The notes under the pieces: generated by a model
What the model was told of the DNA's origin: nothing
The model's input: only the letters and a program-made list of their open reading frames with translations
The model's database searches: none
Assembly: GCA_963817895.1 (NCBI GenBank)
Contig: CAWFQB010000002.1
Coordinates: 384,001 to 448,000 of the forward strand
Direction: 5' to 3'
Source of the DNA: an uncultured Chthonomonadaceae bacterium
GTDB lineage: Bacteria; Armatimonadota; Chthonomonadetes; Chthonomonadales; Chthonomonadaceae
DNA: 64,000 bases
Part shown: in pieces, positions 32,079 through 45,470 of the stretch
Position numbering within the stretch: position 1 is the first letter of the stretch
Layout: every line of letters starts with the position of its first letter
Position numbers and translations under genes: made by a program

Positions 32079-33056
32079 ATGATTTCTATTATTTTACCGG
32101 TGTACAATGCCGGGCGATTTCTTGACGCGACCCTGCAAATGGCGCTGGCGCAGACCTGCGCGGATTGGGAACTGATTGCGGTAGACGATGGCTCGACCGA
32201 CGAAACGCCCATCCTGCTGCAAGCGTTCGCGCGGCAGGATAGGCGTATTCGCGTGGTGACGCAGGCCAATGGCGGGTGCGCGTCGGCACGGAATACAGGC
32301 GTGAACCACATTGCCGCGAATGCGGAATACGTAATATTTTTAGACCACGATGATTTGTGGGAACCGGACGCGCTGGAAACACTGCTGCGTGTGGCGCCGC
32401 GCCCGTCCCGAAGCGGTTGCTGTTATGGGACAGGTAGCCGAACTTCCCGATACAGAGGCGGATAAAGTGTTCCTTACGTTGCAGCGCAAAGCCGCTTTGC
32501 CGCGTGAACAGGCGGCTGGCGAAGAATCCGCCCCGCCGTTAATATCTGTCCCTGTCACCTTTGCGGATAACGCGATTGTGTGCTGCGCCGGCACAATGGG
32601 ACAGGTCTTGATTCGGCGCGACGCGCTGGCTCAGACGGGGCCGCTGAATGTAAAATGTGTTCCCTGTGACGATTGGGAACTCTATTTGCGGCTCGGACTG
32701 CTCGGCGTAATGGCGAAGACAGAACGGAATGTCATCTGGTGGCGTTCCCATGCGTCCAATACCTCTAAGAACCATCAGCGTATGTACAACGCCGAAATGC
32801 GGGTTCGACAGTGCCTCTTAGCGCGCGCGGACCTGACGCCGGAACAACGCCGTCAGGTAAGAGATGGGTTTCAAGTCGGCAAAAAACGCCTTGCCGCGCA
32901 GCAGTGCGGCTACGCATGGGAATTCGGCGCCAACTACAGTTCGGCAAAGCCTTCCGGCAATTGCGCTACGCGCTGCGCAATTACGCCCGCTCGTTTCAGA
33001 ACCCGCCTTTGCCCTCCGTTGCCGTGCCGTCCCTGCCCTCGAACTCTCTCTCCTGA
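32079..33056 (+). CDS. Glycosyltransferase family 2; frameshifts
   Basis: ISIILPVYN, VDDGSTD, NGGCASARN, FLDHDD, DDWELYLRL. Confidence 0.8.
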
Positions 33057-33161
33057 AAGTAGCCCTCAACCCGGGCGTCCACTTGTGGACATACCCCTTC
33101 TCCCACAAAATGTATTTCCAAAGCGAAGCAGAAATACGGAACATGGGGGAAGGGGAGTCAC

Positions 33162-33395
33162 TTGTTTTCATGCGCTAAGGCGAACGGAGTTCATGGAAGT
33201 TCCCCTGAAACCGGCAAAACCATTGGCAGTGGCCGTATGGAAAAAGGCGTGGATCAGGTGATCGGCATCCGCCAAAAAGACAACGGCATGAGTTGGAGCA
33301 AAGCTGGCAGTTACGCGCCGGGGATGCTCACCGCCGCCTGCGCCAACGGCTACTGGAACCAACTCTGGAACTCCGTCGAAATGATAACAGCGTAG
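33162..33395 (+). pseudogene. Probable C-terminal remnant of an ISKra4/ISLre2 (UPF0236)-like transposase
   Basis: IGSGRMEKGVDQVIGIRQKDNGMSWSKAGS...NGYWNQLW fits the GSG-x-(I/V)E...R-x-K...GM-x-W pattern recalled for these transposases. Confidence 0.55.
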
Positions 33396-33485
33396 CAACG
33401 AGATTTGGACAGCAACAATTCATTCCGTTGCGCTCGAATGGGTTCATTCCGTTGTATTAGAAACTCGGACGCTCGGTGGATTTAG

Positions 33486-35021
33486 TTAAATGCGTTGCCG
33501 CACATACCCAAATAATTGATCAATCGGGATACGAATCTGCTCCATTGTGTCGCGGTCGCGCAGGGTGACGGTATCTTTGAGAGACGTGTCGCCGTCCTTG
33601 CCCCTGCCGATGGTGTCGAAATCCACGGTGACGCAGAAGGGCGTTCCCACCTCGTCCTGACGGCGGTACAGCTTGCCGATACCGGCGGAATCGTCATAGA
33701 CCGCCCGCATTTCGCCGGTCGCTTGCAGGCTGTTCTTGATGCGTTTGGCGGTTGCCACAATGTCCGGCTCGTTCTTTTTGAGGGGAAGCACGGCTACTTT
33801 GATGGGCGCGAGCGCGGGGGGGAGGCGCAAAACGGTTCGGGTTTCGCCGTTTTCCAATGTCTCTTCCGCGTATGCTTCGCACAGCGCGGCGAGACAACCT
33901 CTGTCCACGCCCGCAGCGGGTTCCACGACATACGGTATGATGTGCTTGTTGTTGGGCTGATCGAAATACGTCAGTTTTTCCGTCGAGTGTTCGTTTTTCA
34001 TCACGCGCTTTGTCGTGTTTTCGGACGCGCCGAGATTGGCCTGATCCCGCGAGTGCGAAACCAAATCCCAATCCGTGCGGTTGGCGATGCCTTCCAGTTC
34101 GTCGAAACCAAGCGAGGGGAAATTGTACAGAATGTCAACCGTGCGAGCGGAATAGTGCGACAGTTTTTCCTTCGGATGTTCAAGCAACTTGAGGTTTTCG
34201 CGCTTCAGGCCGATGACATTCACCCACCAATCAACATGGTCTTGAATCCAATCGTCATGCACAGTTGGCGCGTCACCCGGCTGCACGAAATACTCGATCT
34301 CCATCTGTTCCAGTTCCCGAACCCGGAAAATGAAATTGCGGGGCGTGATCTCGTTGCGGAACGATTTGCCGATTTGCGCGATACCGAACGGCAGTTTACG
34401 GTTCGTGGAATCCAGCACGTTTTTGAAGTTAACGAACATGCCCTGCGCGGTTTCGGGGCGCAGGTACGCGAAACTCTCCTCATCGGCAACCGGCCCGACC
34501 TGCGTTTTGAACATCAGATTGAAGGCGCGGGGTTCCGTCCAATCCCCCGGCTTGTTATCGAGAGGGTCAATTACTTTGGCGGAAAGCATGACTTCACGGG
34601 CGCGGGCGGGATCGGCAAGCAGGGGCGTCACCAAATCTTCCGAATCGTCCGTAGCCTCGACGCCAATGGCCTGCGCAATTGCCGCCAGCACTTCCGGCTT
34701 CTGGTCGCGCAGTAAGTGATCGAAGCGATACCGCTTTTTTGTGGTCTTGTTGTCAATCAGCGGATCGGTAAACGTCACCTCATGCCCGGAGTAGCGCCAC
34801 ACGTATTTGTTCATCAGAATGGCGGTTTCGATGCCCTCCATGTCGTCGCGCTCATACACGTTATGCCGCCACCACAGGCGTTTGAGGTTGTTTTTGAGTT
34901 CCACGCCGAGCGGCCCGTAATCGAATGTTCCCTGCAAGCCGCCATAAATCTCACTGCCGGCAAAGATAAACCCCCGGCGCTTGCACAGGGAAACGATCTG
35001 CTCCATATTGTCTGCGGCCAT
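33486..35021 (-). CDS. glyQS: Glycine--tRNA ligase, alpha2 type
   Basis: [53 protein letters not shown]. Confidence 0.95.
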   Translation of the reverse strand: MAADNMEQIVSLCKRRGFIFAGSEIYGGLQGTFDYGPLGVELKNNLKRLWWRHNVYERDDMEGIETAILMNKYVWRYSGHEVTFTDPLIDNKTTKKRYRFDHLLRDQKPEVLAAIAQAIGVEATDDSEDLVTPLLADPARAREVMLSAKVIDPLDNKPGDWTEPRAFNLMFKTQVGPVADEESFAYLRPETAQGMFVNFKNVLDSTNRKLPFGIAQIGKSFRNEITPRNFIFRVRELEQMEIEYFVQPGDAPTVHDDWIQDHVDWWVNVIGLKRENLKLLEHPKEKLSHYSARTVDILYNFPSLGFDELEGIANRTDWDLVSHSRDQANLGASENTTKRVMKNEHSTEKLTYFDQPNNKHIIPYVVEPAAGVDRGCLAALCEAYAEETLENGETRTVLRLPPALAPIKVAVLPLKKNEPDIVATAKRIKNSLQATGEMRAVYDDSAGIGKLYRRQDEVGTPFCVTVDFDTIGRGKDGDTSLKDTVTLRDRDTMEQIRIPIDQLFGYVRQRI

Positions 35022-35038
35022 GGTATGCTCCTTCGGAT

Positions 35039-35249
35039 AGGTTGTTAGTTGTTAGTTGTTAGGTTGTTAGTTGTTAGGTTGTTAGTTGTTAGGTTGTTAG
35101 TTGTTAGGTTGTCAGGATGGAAACGCGCTTGTTCTTGACTTGACAGAGCGCGGTTCGGGAAAGTTCTTTGTTGTACCCGAAAACAGGCAGTAAAGAAAAC
35201 CTGCCTTAAAGTAGTTCTCCGCCTGTTTCACCTAACAACTAACAACCTA
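35039..35249. repeat. Inverted tandem-repeat element, (G)GTTGTTAG; expanded left arm
   Basis: About 10 units at 35039-35116; short counter-arm CCTAACAACTAACAACCTA at 35231-35249. Confidence 0.9.
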
Positions 35250-35258
35250 CTCCCTCCC

Positions 35259-35636
35259 CTACGCATCCCCTTCATCCGCCCCCTGACTTCCAAACAGCGC
35301 GTCGCCCGTATCCTGGTCAGGGCGGCTGTGCAGGGCGAACAGGGGCAAGAGTTGATGCAGCAGTTGGATAAGGCCGTTGATGTCGCGGATAAAAACGTGA
35401 TGCGGAAAGCGCACCAGATTAACAACGGCGGCGTACTGAAACGCGGCAGCGGCTCCCGGTTTGGCCTCGTACACTTTCACGTACACATCGGGATACTGCC
35501 CCCATACCTGCTCCTGATCGGCGTAGCCCTGCTGCGCCATGTAATCGCTCCACTCCAACTGGTCCCGAACCGCTTCCGCAAACGGCGCAAACTGCCCGTT
35601 CTCAAACACGTAGGTATCAAAATTCTCGCCTGCCAT
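35259..35636 (-). CDS. Hypothetical protein
   Basis: MAGENFDTYVFENG..., AAAGGAG SD upstream. Confidence 0.6.
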   Translation of the reverse strand: MAGENFDTYVFENGQFAPFAEAVRDQLEWSDYMAQQGYADQEQVWGQYPDVYVKVYEAKPGAAAAFQYAAVVNLVRFPHHVFIRDINGLIQLLHQLLPLFALHSRPDQDTGDALFGSQGADEGDA

Positions 35637-35748
35637 AATGCTGCTCCTTTGTGTAATATCGTTCTTCAAGCAACGCGCAAACGCGGAAAAGGTTCCGAAG
35701 AAGGGGTATACTTCTTGACACGAACACCGCTTTTCGAGGAGAAATTCA

Positions 35749-36243
35749 GTGATAGCGCCACCATTGGTCGGAGTCATTATGGGGTCGAAGTCGGATTGGG
35801 AAACCATGCAGCATACGACGGATACGCTGAACAAATTGGGCGTGCCGTTTGAAACCCGCGTAGTATCGGCGCATCGGACGCCCGATTTGCTGTTTGAATA
35901 CGCGAGTCAGGCGGAGGGGCGCGGATTGGAAGTAATTATCGCGGGCGCGGGCGGCGCGGCGCATCTTCCCGGCATGGCAGCGGCGAAAACAACTCTCCCC
36001 GTCTTAGGTGTCCCCGTGCAGTCCAAAGCCCTCAACGGCATGGACTCGCTGCTGTCCATCGCGCAGATGCCTGCGGGTATTCCGGTCGGCACACTCGCCA
36101 TTGGCCGCGCCGGGGCCATTAACGCCGCCCTGCTGGCGACCGCCATCCTCGCCAACAAATACGAACCGTTCCGCGTTGCCCTGCGCGAGTACCGCGAACA
36201 GCAAACACAAACCGTACTCGCCTCTCCCAACCCGGAGGAATAG
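35749..36243 (+). CDS. purE: N5-CAIR mutase
   Basis: [36 protein letters not shown]. Confidence 0.95.
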   Translation: MIAPPLVGVIMGSKSDWETMQHTTDTLNKLGVPFETRVVSAHRTPDLLFEYASQAEGRGLEVIIAGAGGAAHLPGMAAAKTTLPVLGVPVQSKALNGMDSLLSIAQMPAGIPVGTLAIGRAGAINAALLATAILANKYEPFRVALREYREQQTQTVLASPNPEE

Positions 36244-36253
36244 TAGGAGAAAC

Positions 36254-36417
36254 TCACCACAGAGGCACAGAGACACAGAGGTTTCACAGAGAGAAGATGC
36301 GAGAGACAATAACCACAAGTTTGGCTGCCTCGTAGCAAATCCTGATCATTCTGTCTATTCTCCTCTTATTTCTTATCTTCTCTGTGAAACCTCTGTGTCT
36401 CTGTGCCTCTGTGGTGA
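36254..36417. repeat. Inverted repeat element, CACAGAG 9-nt-type units, 39-bp arms
   Basis: TCACCACAGAGGCACAGAGACACAGAGGTTTCACAGAGA and its reverse complement ending at 36417, between purE and purK. Confidence 0.95.
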
Positions 36418-36434
36418 AGGATTCAAGGAATATT

Positions 36435-37523
36435 ATGAAAATCGGTATACTGGGTGGGGGGCAGTTGGCGCGGATGCTGTGTCTGGCGGGGCTTCCGTTG
36501 GGATTGGAGTTTCGGGTTTTGGATCCGTCACCCCAATCTTGCGCGGCGGCGGTTGCGGAACATATTGTCGCGGATTATGAGGATACAGACGCGCTGGAGC
36601 GGTTTGTGGCGGGCGTGGATGTGGTCACGTATGAGTTTGAGAATGTGCCGCAGATGTCGGCGGCGTGGCTGGAAAAGCGCGTGTCTGTGTTTCCACCGCC
36701 TGTAGCTTTGGAAAAATCGCAGGACAGGCTTGTTGAAAAGACGTTCTTGCAGGGTTTGGACATTCCGACCGCGCCTTTTGTAGCCGTGAGCAGTCAGGAA
36801 GAACTGGACGCGGCACTGGCAAAAATTGGCTTGCCTGCCGTGCTGAAAACGCGGCGCATGGGATACGACGGCAAAGGGCAGTTTGTACTGCGGACGCAGG
36901 AGGATGCCGACAACGCCTGGCGGGAGTTGAGTGGGCAGGAATTGATTCTGGAAGGGTTTGTGCGGTTCGATAGAGAACTATCCATTCTAGCGGTACGGGG
37001 CAGAGCGGGCGAAACGGCCTTTTATCCACTGGTAGAAAACCATCACCGGGAGGGGATACTGCGCCTGTCGCTGTGTCCCGCGCCGAATTCTACAAGTGCA
37101 TTGCAGGCACAGGGGGAAACTTACGCCCGCAACGTATTGGAAACCTTGAACTATGTCGGCGTCCTTGCGATAGAGTTTTTTGAATTCGGCGGCACATTGG
37201 TCGCCAACGAAATGGCTCCCCGCGTTCACAATTCCGGGCATTGGACGATTGAGGGCGCGGAGTACAGCCAGTTTGAAAACCATGTTCGGGCGGTTGCCGG
37301 ACTGCCGCTCGGTTCCACGTCCCTGAATGGCGTTTCCGCCATGCTCAACATCATCGGCGACCTACCCGACACGCGCAAAATACTGGAAACGGAACACGCG
37401 CATCTGCACCTGTACGGCAAATCCCCCCGCGCAGGCCGTAAAATTGGGCATGTCACGATTCGTGAGCAGAATTTGGAAGATCGAAATAATAAAGTTGCAG
37501 CCTTGCGTGAGTTGGGACTGTAA
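36435..37523 (+). CDS. purK: N5-CAIR synthetase
   Basis: IGILGGGQLARM, TYEFENV, GYDGKGQ, NEMAPRVHNSGHW, YGK..RKIGH. Confidence 0.95.
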   Translation: MKIGILGGGQLARMLCLAGLPLGLEFRVLDPSPQSCAAAVAEHIVADYEDTDALERFVAGVDVVTYEFENVPQMSAAWLEKRVSVFPPPVALEKSQDRLVEKTFLQGLDIPTAPFVAVSSQEELDAALAKIGLPAVLKTRRMGYDGKGQFVLRTQEDADNAWRELSGQELILEGFVRFDRELSILAVRGRAGETAFYPLVENHHREGILRLSLCPAPNSTSALQAQGETYARNVLETLNYVGVLAIEFFEFGGTLVANEMAPRVHNSGHWTIEGAEYSQFENHVRAVAGLPLGSTSLNGVSAMLNIIGDLPDTRKILETEHAHLHLYGKSPRAGRKIGHVTIREQNLEDRNNKVAALRELGL

Positions 37524-37575
37524 GGACAATATCCTCTCGTATGCGCCGGGGAGTTTATTCCACGGAGATTGATTT

Positions 37576-38355
37576 ATGAAAACATGGGTTCCGCGTTACG
37601 AACAAATCGCGCATTTGTCGCCGGATGAGAAGGTTCGCGCCTACATACGCGGCGAGAGAGTATTAAACAATACCTTGCTGGGGCTATGTGGCTGGATATG
37701 CCTGCTTGGGGTGGCGGAGGGAGCGGGAATTTATAATCTTCATGGGTGGCTCAATCATGCGTTTACCAGTGTTCCCTGCTTAATCGGCCTGTATCTGGCG
37801 ATTATCAACGCTTCGGCGCTACACGAAATAGAGGCGGGAATACGCCGCGAACATTGGCATTCTCCATACGCCTTTTCCGCTCTAGTGGAGTTTGCGAGCA
37901 TTGGCAAGGGGCGCAAAGATAAGAGCAGCCGCATGTGGGGCTTAAATAACCTGACAAAAGTATTACCCCTGCTTACAGAAGATCAGTATGCCCTGCTTTC
38001 CCCAAAGCAAAAAAGCCGCTTCTACGCGCTGATAACGGTGGAGGCTACCCCGGATTTTCTGATGGCGGCTATTGAAACGTTGGGGTGCTTTGCGGATGTG
38101 GAAGCCCTGCCGACGGTTCGCAAAGTGGCGGAGGCGGCGGCTTTCACACCGCAACAAAGAGAAGTGCGGCAGCGGGCGCAAGAGTGCGTGGCGTTTCTGG
38201 AAGCGCGTGTGCAGGAGAAGACGCTGGAACAATCCCTGTTGCGCGGTTCGGCAGCCAATGCTGATGCTTCCCATATTCTGTTGCGGGCCGCTGCGGGACA
38301 GGAGACTTCGGAAACGGAACGACAAGAGTTGCTGCGAGCCAATGTTCAACAATGA
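37576..38355 (+). CDS. Hypothetical membrane protein with HEAT-like C-terminus
   Basis: Two TM helices; AAIETLGCFADVEALPTVRK; repeated LLRxx tail. Confidence 0.55.
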   Translation: MKTWVPRYEQIAHLSPDEKVRAYIRGERVLNNTLLGLCGWICLLGVAEGAGIYNLHGWLNHAFTSVPCLIGLYLAIINASALHEIEAGIRREHWHSPYAFSALVEFASIGKGRKDKSSRMWGLNNLTKVLPLLTEDQYALLSPKQKSRFYALITVEATPDFLMAAIETLGCFADVEALPTVRKVAEAAAFTPQQREVRQRAQECVAFLEARVQEKTLEQSLLRGSAANADASHILLRAAAGQETSETERQELLRANVQQ

Positions 38356-38492
38356 TTGTCTTGAACCATGATTAGGCATGATTTTGATGATTGACATGAT
38401 GCTGCGCAGTTCACGCTTCCGCCCGCCGTATATTCTCACTCCTTGAAATCATGTTAATCAGCCTAATCATGCCTAATCATGGTTCAAGACAA
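38356..38492. repeat. Inverted repeat element, CATGATT-type units, perfect 28-bp arms
   Basis: TTGTCTTGAACCATGATTAGGCATGATT (38356-38383) vs 38465-38492; begins right after the TGA stop. Confidence 0.95.
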
Positions 38493-38526
38493 CAAAGAAC
38501 TTAGAACGAAAGGCAAGACAAAGATA

Positions 38527-40174
38527 ATGCGTTTTGGAAAGTTGGGCGTTTGCGCGTTGCTGTCCCTGGCCGTTGTATCGGGCGTGATGGCGGACAAGGC
38601 GAAAACGGCGAAGAAGACGAATGACATAAAACAGGTCAGTGTGACGAACAGAGTGGTCGCGCAGGGGGATACGGTTCCTGCCGTCAGCCGGGAGTTTCGG
38701 GGCGTGTGGGTGGCGACGGTAGAAAACATTGACTGGCCCACCAAGCGCGGGTTGTCTACCGAAAAGCAGAAAGCCGAACTGGTCGCCATTATGGACAAGG
38801 CGGCGCAACTGCATCTGAACGCGATTGTGTTTCAGGTGCGGCCTACGTGCGACGCGCTGTACGATTCGCAACTGGAACCCTGGTCGGAATACATCACGGG
38901 AACGCAGGGCAAAGCGCCCGATCCCTATTATGACCCGCTCACGTTCGCCATTGACGAGGCGCACAAGCGCGGCATGGAACTTCACGCCTGGATCAACCCC
39001 TATCGCGCCAAACATCCCTCCTCCAAATCTACCGCGCCCAACCACATCAGCAAAACGCAGCCTGCTATTGTGCGCAAATACGGGACGCACCTGTGGCTCG
39101 ATCCGGGCGAACCGGACACGCAGGAGTGGTCGCGCAATGTGATTATGGACATCGTGAAACGGTACGACGTGGACGGTATCCACGTAGACGATTACTTTTA
39201 TCCGTACCGCGAAAACGACAAGAACAAGAAAGGAAATTCCGTTTCCCGACGACGCCAGTTATAAGAAGTATACAAACGGGGGCGGAACGCTCAGTCGAGA
39301 CGATTGGCGGCGCGAAAACGTCAACCAGTTTATCCAGAAGGTGTACAGCAGCGTGAAGGCGGAAAAGCCCTGGGTCAAGGTGGGCATCAGTCCGTTCGGC
39401 ATTTATCGTCCCGGCTATCCCGCGCAAATCAAGGGTTTCGACGCCTATCAGGAAATCTATTGCGACTCGCAAAAGTGGCTGCGCGAAGGCTGGTGCGATT
39501 ATCTCGCGCCGCAACTCTACTGGCCGATTGCGCAGACGCCGCAAAGTTACCCGGTTCTGCTGAAATGGTGGACGGAACAGAACGTCAAGGGGCGGCATAT
39601 CTGGGCGGGCAACTATACCAGCCGGGTGGCGGACGGCGGCGCGAAGTCGTACAGCGTGGAGGAAGTTGTCAATCAGGTGCAGGCTACCCGCAATCAGCCG
39701 GGCGCGACGGGCAACGTCCATTTCAGCATGGAAGTTTTGATGCACGACCGCAAGGGACTGGATGAGCGATTGCTGCAAACGGTGTACCAGTCGCCCGCGC
39801 TGATTCCCGCGTCGCCCTGGTTGAGCAGCAAACAGCCCGGTCAGCCCCTGACGCTGATACAGATTGACCCGAATACCAACGACGTGAAACTGGCGTGGAG
39901 CGCGCCGCAAGGGGATACTCCGGCGCAATGGGTGGTGCAGACGCGGCAGGCGGGAACGTGGAAAACGCAGATTTTACCCGGCAAGCAGGGCGGCGCAACC
40001 ATCAATTCCAGCGGCCACGCGCTGAACGTGGACATGGTAGCCCTGTCTCTCGTAGACCGCTACGGCAATCAGGGCAAGCCGTTCGTATTTGAACTCAAGC
40101 CCTCGGCGGCGAATGGAACTACGGTGAGCGTTGACCTCACCCCCGGCCCCTCTCCTGGCCGCGCAACGCGCTAG
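38527..40174 (+). CDS. Secreted DUF187 / GHL10 (YddW/DigH-like) glycoside hydrolase; frameshift near 39230
   Basis: EFRGVWVATV.NIDWP, FQVRP, HAWINPYR, YDVDGIHVDDYFYPY, GISPFGI, DYLAPQLYW. Confidence 0.85.
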
Positions 40175-40359
40175 GAGAGGGGAGGCTGTAAACAAATATC
40201 CTGTTGCAGTGTCTAAGCGTTTGACTCACTGATGTACACACGTTATACACCTTCGTTACATGAGTAACTCTCTTCCTTAACTGGCAAAATAAACAATGAA
40301 CTGCCTCCCCTCTCCTAGCGCGTTGCGCGGCCAGGAGAGGGGCCGGGGGTGAGGTCAAC
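40130..40359. repeat. MITE/REP-like element with perfect 57-bp inverted arms, each an internal hairpin
   Basis: 40130-40186 is the exact reverse complement of 40303-40359; each arm has CCCCTCTCCT...AGGAGAGGGG; 116-bp AT-rich spacer. Confidence 0.95.
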
Positions 40360-40361
40360 CA

Positions 40362-41134
40362 GTGAGCAGCAAAGCAAAAATCATTTTCATAGTAGCGTCT
40401 ACCCTGCTATGGCTGCTTTATAGCGTGTACCCCGTAAAGGCACAGCAACACGCCTTAGCCGAAACAACGGAAGTGTACGGCAAATCCGTTCAGGGCAGGC
40501 CGCTTACGGCGTACATTCTTGGCGATGGCGAGAATGTCACCTGCATTTTCGGCGCGTTTCATGGCAACGAGCGCGGCACGGTGGGCGTGGCAGAGAAATT
40601 GCGGGCGTATCTGAAAACACATGCGGCGGACATTGGAAAACTGCCGCGTGATTCTCGTGCCCTGCGCCAACCCGGACGGCTGGAACGCCAACACGCGGAC
40701 AAACGCGCATGGCGTGGACTTGAACCGCAATTTCCCGTTTCACTGGCAGGCGAAGGCGGCATCAAAGCATACCAATCCCGGCCCGCAACCCCGCTTCCGA
40801 ACCGGAAACGCAGGCAATCATGCGGCTGTTGGCGAAATACAAGCCATTGAAAGTCATCAGCCTCCATTCGCCCCTGCATGAACTGGTGTGGACAGGCGAC
40901 AGCGGTTTGCGCATGGCACAACTTATGCGCAACAGGAACCATTACAAAGTTGCGGAAACAACCGGCTACCCAACTCCGGGCAGTTTCGGCAACTATTGCG
41001 GCAAGCAGTTGAACATCGGCATCGTCACGCTGGAACTGCCCTCCCAAAGCGCAGACGCCGCCTGGAAAGCAAATCAAACCGCGCTGCTGGCGGCTATCCA
41101 CTTTGATGTGAGCGTAGACAAACCCGCGCATTAA
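40362..41134 (+). CDS. M14 zinc carboxypeptidase / murein peptide amidase A-like; frameshifts
   Basis: [51 protein letters not shown]. Confidence 0.8.
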
Positions 41135-41207
41135 CTTTTCGCGTTATTTCGTGTTTTTCGCGGTTTATTTTAGAATTTTTACACCAACGAGGGAGTTGAA
41201 GAAACAC

Positions 41208-42939
<1,732 letters not shown>

Positions 42940-43134
42940 AATCATGCGAATCCGTGGCAAACCGCGAAACACGCGAAGCAAACGAAAAGGACGAACCAGT
43001 TCCGGAGAAAGGTTCAAGGCGCGAATCGCGGAAGCGAAACTCGAGGGGAACGAACAGGCGTAACTGCGCGTCTGTAACGAGGCAAGCCGCCTCGTCGGCG
43101 ATAGCCTCTCATCCCCATTCAGGAGCGTATCTCT

Positions 43135-44554
43135 ATGCGTCAAACCCACTACTCTTCGACAACTAACCCGGCATATTGCGGGCGCATTCGCCTGCCTTGA
43201 CCGCGCTGCTGTTCCTTGCCGGATGCGGCGGCGGCAACATCAGCGGGGGCGGAACCCCCGCCGTCACGCAGACCATCGGCAGCGGGGGCGGCGGCAGTCA
43301 TCAACGGCAACGCCACGCTCACGATCGGTTCCAGCACCAGCACGACGGACTCAACCACCGCGCTGTACTCGGTGCAGCAGACCAATTCCTACCCGGCAGA
43401 TGCCCGCGTCGTGTCCGGCACAGCCTATCAACTTCACCAGTTCCGCCGCCACGCTCACGTCAACCGCCGCGCATTTCCATTCGCTACAATGGCGGCGCGT
43501 TGCCGAAAGGGGCGCAGGAGAGCAGTCTGCAATTGTATCAGGTCGTGAGCGGGGCCTGGACGCTGGTGAGCGACAGTACCCTCGACATCAACAACAAAGT
43601 GGTATCGGGCACGGCAACCACGCTGGGCGTGTACGCGGTTCTGGCTTCCACGATTGTCGCGACCAGCACGGGCGGCACGGGCAGCACTCGCGCCACCGGA
43701 CTGCTGTTTCTTGTCCAACAGCGGATCGTCGAACGCCGGAACGCTGTACGCTACCAGCTGTGGGCAGTTCCTACCGCATTGCCCATCACCACAACGGGCG
43801 GGCAGGGCAGCGAAATCATCGGACACGCCTCCCTTTCGCCGGACGTGAAAAGTCTGGTCTACGATACGCAATCCACAACTGGCAATCTGCTTGTTGTCGC
43901 GACAGGCCGACGGCAGCAGCATAAAGCCGATTGTCACGGGCGGCTTGCAGCCCAGCAATCAGCCGGCAGTACCCCGAACGCCCTCCTACAGCTCGGACGG
44001 CAGTAAACCATCGTGTTCATTTACAATCTGACCGGCAGCGACCAGATTTACACCGTCAAGCCGGATGGAACCGGACTGACGCAGATCACGAAAAACTTCA
44101 CGGGTTCTAACGTGAGCAATCCCGCGTTCACAAAATCGGGCAAATTCGTTTCACCTCGACCTCTACCGCCACCAGTACCACGACACAGTACAACCTGGTA
44201 AACACGGATGGAACCAGCCTGACCACGACAACCACCTTCGGCCCGACCGTTCTGCCCTGGTACACCTACAGCCCGGACGGCAGCAAAATCGTGTATGTGG
44301 CGCAGTCCAACAATAAATACGACGTATTCACGATAAACGCGGACGGCTCCAGCCCGACGCAGATTACGAAACTGGCCGCTCCCTCCATTGATACAGCCCG
44401 GTTCAGCGCGGACGGAACGCAGATTATTTTCAGCGCCACTACAACCGGCAATGCCATCAACAGCCTGTACACGATCAAAACCGATGGAACCGGCCAGCAG
44501 GCCCTGACCACGCCCGTCACCGGAAACAACCTTACCCTTCTGGACGCCCACTAA
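43135..44554 (+). CDS. Lipoprotein with TolB/PD40-like propeller repeats; many frameshifts
   Basis: Lipobox LAGC-GGG; repeats [30 protein letters not shown]. Confidence 0.65.
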
Positions 44555-44734
44555 TCCAGTTCATTTCCAACTCCTTCAGCGCGTCAAAGGTGAACAGCTT
44601 TATCTCGGCTCGAAAATATTGGAACTGGCGCATGTGCAAATTGCTGTGCGAGATGCGAGTTGCCTTTCTCGCCTACATCTGGTAAAATTTGCCTGATACT
44701 CATGTGGATACTGTTTATTCTGGAGGGCTTCACC

Positions 44735-44959
44735 GTGGAAAAATTGAATTTGCCGCCATCACACCCGGAGGTTCATAAGCGTGTTATAGAGCGCATACAA
44801 TAGATGTCGCCGGAAGAACTGCTTGCAATATGGGAATATCGGGAACCAGGGATTCCTGAAACCGATATGAACGGGGATTTGGCTGCCTGGTACCGCGAAG
44901 AGCGTGAAGAGCGCGAACGCCGCGAATCCAAAAGTCTGCCGCCTGACGCTCATGCTTGA
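44735..44959 (+). pseudogene. Small hypothetical ORF interrupted by an in-frame TAG
   Basis: GGAGG SD, GTG start; MEKLNLPPSHPEVHKRVIERIQ*MSPEELLAIWEYREPG...; TAG at 44801. Confidence 0.45.
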
Positions 44960-44971
44960 GGAGAGTTTATT

Positions 44972-45322
44972 TTGCAGTTACTGGGGATACGAGCGATGGT
45001 GATGGTGCAGGATATTGACCGCGCTCTGCGTTTTTATCGCGACGTTCTGGCGTTTACGGTCGAGTCCGAACAGGAAGACATTGTGCTGTTCGCGGAGGGG
45101 GTTGGACTGCAACTGGCTGCCGAAGTCTCGCCCGATGTGCGCTTCGATCCCAACGCCGTATCCCTCGCCCTGTTCGTCGAAGATGTCCATGCCACCTTCG
45201 CCGAACTGACTTCTAAAGGCGCGGCCTTCTTCCTGCCGCCCACCAGCGAGGGCGGCTACACCTTCGCCATGTTCCGCGACACGGAGAACAACCTGCTGCA
45301 ATTGATGCAAATTCAGGATTGA
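44972..45322 (+). CDS. VOC / glyoxalase-family protein
   Basis: VQDIDRALRFYRDVL, LFVEDV..TFAEL..KG, FRDTENNLLQL. Confidence 0.85.
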   Translation: MQLLGIRAMVMVQDIDRALRFYRDVLAFTVESEQEDIVLFAEGVGLQLAAEVSPDVRFDPNAVSLALFVEDVHATFAELTSKGAAFFLPPTSEGGYTFAMFRDTENNLLQLMQIQD

Positions 45323-45450
45323 ACCACCAAGAAAAAAGAACGCCAAGAAAAAAGAAGAAGAGAGGAGAAGAGGCTATGTCCTTTGTTACTCTCCCAATAC
45401 CTTTCTTGCATTTGTATTCTTGGTGTTCTTTGCGTCTTGGTGGTTCAATC
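45317..45450. repeat. Inverted repeat element (AACCACCAAGA type) between convergent genes
   Basis: GATTGAACCACCAAGA (45317-45332) vs TCTTGGTGGTTCAATC (45435-45450); contains the VOC stop codon. Confidence 0.85.
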
Positions 45451-45470
45451 TCCTCTTTTTCCTCCGTGGT

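Noticed and set aside
33516..34715. Long antisense ORFs (also 41094-42326, 25629-26555)
   Set aside because: Shadow frames of GC-biased real genes
35039..35116. Tandem repeat as a CRISPR array or telomere-like repeat
   Set aside because: 7-8-nt units with no spacers and no cas genes; it is one arm of the inverted element family
42940..43130. Riboswitch upstream of the lipoprotein gene
   Set aside because: Only short stems; no recognisable aptamer consensus
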